Shown here in pieces: positions 20,014 through 21,490 of a DNA stretch of 21,490 nucleotides. The position numbers and the translations under genes are program-made. Positions within the stretch are counted from its first letter, which is position 1; every line of letters starts with the position of its first letter. This stretch comes from Candidatus Latescibacterota bacterium (GTDB lineage Bacteria > Latescibacterota > UBA2968 > UBA8231). The stretch is taken from NCBI GenBank assembly GCA_965223905.1, contig CBDCXV010000007.1:1-21490 (forward strand), read 5' to 3'. The notes below the pieces were generated by a model that had not been told where the DNA came from, did no database searches, and worked only from the letters and a program-made list of their open reading frames with translations.

Positions 20014-20568
20014 ATGGGCGTCGTTCTGCAGAACGGCCAGGTTGTCGCCGGCAGCATCTACGAGAACATCGCGGGCTTGTCCCCGTTGAGTGCCGAGGAA
20101 GCCTGGGCGGCAGCGCGCGCCGCCGCACTCGAAGAGGATATCCGGGCGATGCCAATGGGTATGCGCACGGTGCTGCCGGAGGGCGGTACCGGGCTTTCCG
20201 TGGGACAGAAGCAGCGGCTGCTGATCGCTCGCGCCCTCGCCCGCAAGCGGCGAGTCCTCCTGTTCGACGAAGCCACCAGTGCGCTCGACAATCGCGCCCA
20301 GGCCGTTGTTCAAGACTCGTTGAAAAAACTCGGGGTCACCCGCCTTGTGATCGCTCACCGGCTCAGCTCGATCCGGAATGTCGACCGGATCTACGTGCTC
20401 GACGCCGGGCGTATCGTCGAAAGCGGCCGCTTGGACCAGCTGATCAAACGGGACGGGGTCTTCGCATCCCTTTCCCGGCGCCAACTAATGCATGGGTATT
20501 GCACCTCGCTTCGCGGCTCGACTGCCAATCCGGTCGTCGCTCGATGTCTTATTCCCGCCCCTAATTAA
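20014..20568 (+). pseudogene. C-terminal fragment of an ABC exporter ATPase (resembles NHLP/NHLM bacteriocin export ABC transporters)
   Basis: GVVLQNG Q-loop, [18 protein letters not shown], signature [24 protein letters not shown] and RRQL end. There is no Walker A or TM domain. Confidence 0.85.
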
Positions 20569-20571
20569 TAC

Positions 20572-20622
20572 TTGACAATCCCGGGGAAACTTGTACTACT
20601 CTTGTACTACTCTTGTACTACT
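20572..20622 (+). promoter_or_regulatory. TTGACA box with AT-rich upstream element and three direct repeats
   Basis: TAATTAATA (20562-20570), TTGACA (20572-20577), then (CTTGTACTACT)x3. Confidence 0.45.
20590..20622. repeat. Three perfect 11-bp tandem repeats CTTGTACTACT
   Basis: Copies at 20590-20600, 20601-20611 and 20612-20622. Confidence 0.95.
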
Positions 20623-20675
20623 ACAGATAGCGTGTGCAATCGAGCGCGAAATCGCCCCAAACCTCATTCCAAGGA

Positions 20676-20748
20676 GTCGGAGTAGGAATGACCATTACTG
20701 ACCACCCCCTCCACAGATCCCAGCGAGCGGAGTTACCGCACTGGGCTC
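20676..20748 (-). ncRNA. Group II intron ribozyme domains V and VI
   Basis: DV (20716-20748) has the AGC triad and GTAA loop. DVI reads GGGGGTGGTCA-GTAA-TGGTCATTCCTACTCC with a bulged A and terminal AC. Confidence 0.9.
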
Positions 20749-21490
20749 CTGCCTCGGGTCATGACGGCAAAGCGCTGTTCGGGATAGGGGTGAGTGATGC
20801 GCGGAGGAGGCAACAGTTGGTACCAGAGATCCTTCATGCGCCGCCCCGTGACCCTGGTTTTGTGGCTCCGTCGCTTGAGGGCCCGCTACCAATGGATGGC
20901 GATGCCCTTGATGAACGCGCACAGCGCCGGACCATTCCGGGGCACGCCATATAGTTCAGGTGCCCGGTGATCACGCGGCGGAGGTAGCACGCCACTTCGG
21001 CTACGGGGTCATGCATCCGCCGTTGGAGGATCGCCTTGACCTCTTTGAGCTTTCGCCGCATCCGCTCCTTGGCCGTCTGTCTCAGGACGATGAACTTGCC
21101 CCGGCGCGTCTGGTCGCAGCTGTGGGTAAACCCGAGAAAATCGAACGTTTCGGGTTTCCCTTCGCCCCGTCGGCGCCGGTTTTCCGCGGCAAAGCGCCCG
21201 AACTCGATCCGTCGCGTCTTGTCCGGGTGCAGCTGCAGGGAAAACCTCGCCAGCCGCGCGGCCAGGTCGGCGCCGAACGCCTCGGCGTCGGCTCGGTGTT
21301 GAAAGCGGGCCACGAGGTCGTCCGCGTAGCGCACCAGGAGTACCTCCCCTTGCGCGCGTCGCTTTCGCCATCGTTGCGCCCACAGGTCGAAGACGTAGTG
21401 CAGGTAGATGTTTGCCAACAGGGGCGAAATGCTGGCCCCCTGGGGCATCCCTGCCTCTGCGTCGATACGCCTGCCCTCTTCCAGGACTCC
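20733..21490 (-). pseudogene. ltrA: Group II intron reverse transcriptase/maturase, degenerate (5' end outside window)
   Basis: PQGASISPLLANIYL, RYADD, LHPDKT and FDFLGFTH. Frameshift at ~20950 (NY/YGVP), in-frame TAG at 20886-20888; the natural end HPYPEQRFAVMTRGRSPVR* runs into DV. Confidence 0.9.

Larger units (their letters stand above)
20676..21490 (-). mobile_element. Group II intron, 3' portion (probably bacterial class E)
   Basis: RT ORF followed by domain V GAGCCCAGTGCG-GTAA-CTCCGCTCGCTGGGATC and domain VI ending CCTACTCCGAC at 20676. Confidence 0.9.

Noticed and set aside
20590-20622. Possible CRISPR array
   Set aside because: The units are 11 bp, contiguous, have no spacers, and there are no cas genes in the window.
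20733-21490. RT as a retron, DGR or defence RT
   Set aside because: YADD, domain X and the adjacent DV/DVI identify a group II intron. I saw no TR/VR pair with adenine-specific differences; the Ig repeats differ at all base types.

Overview
GC-rich bacterial window. The C-terminal TWGxIK motif and the Ig-repeat autotransporter are reminiscent of uncultured Latescibacterota/Gemmatimonadota/Poribacteria-type marine or sponge-associated bacteria (inference only). From left to right it holds: the 3' part of a eukaryote-type xylulokinase; a minus-strand cluster of Tm-1-like (UPF0261), cupin, TIM-barrel (PEP-hydrolase/TBST) and SpoU methyltransferase genes; a small secreted temptin-like CxxCH protein; a decayed ~5 kb Ig-repeat autotransporter gene split by a complete IS1380 element (17-bp imperfect IRs, TATA target duplication); a P-loop kinase coupled to a PAP2 gene that is out of frame at a C9 tract; hemH; a carboxylesterase; a GH78-like protein that seems to lack its catalytic residues; and a DegP/HtrA protease with a sigmaE-like promoter. 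The right end is a decay and rearrangement zone. There, a headless frameshifted clpB is joined back-to-back to a headless bacteriocin-type ABC exporter, followed by a promoter-like element with three 11-bp repeats and the 3' half of a degenerate group II intron. I found no clear-cut new multi-gene machine. The best leads are the split Tm-1 operon, the temptin-like heme-motif protein with a putative sorting tag, the possibly phase-variable PAP2 and the pseudo-GH78.
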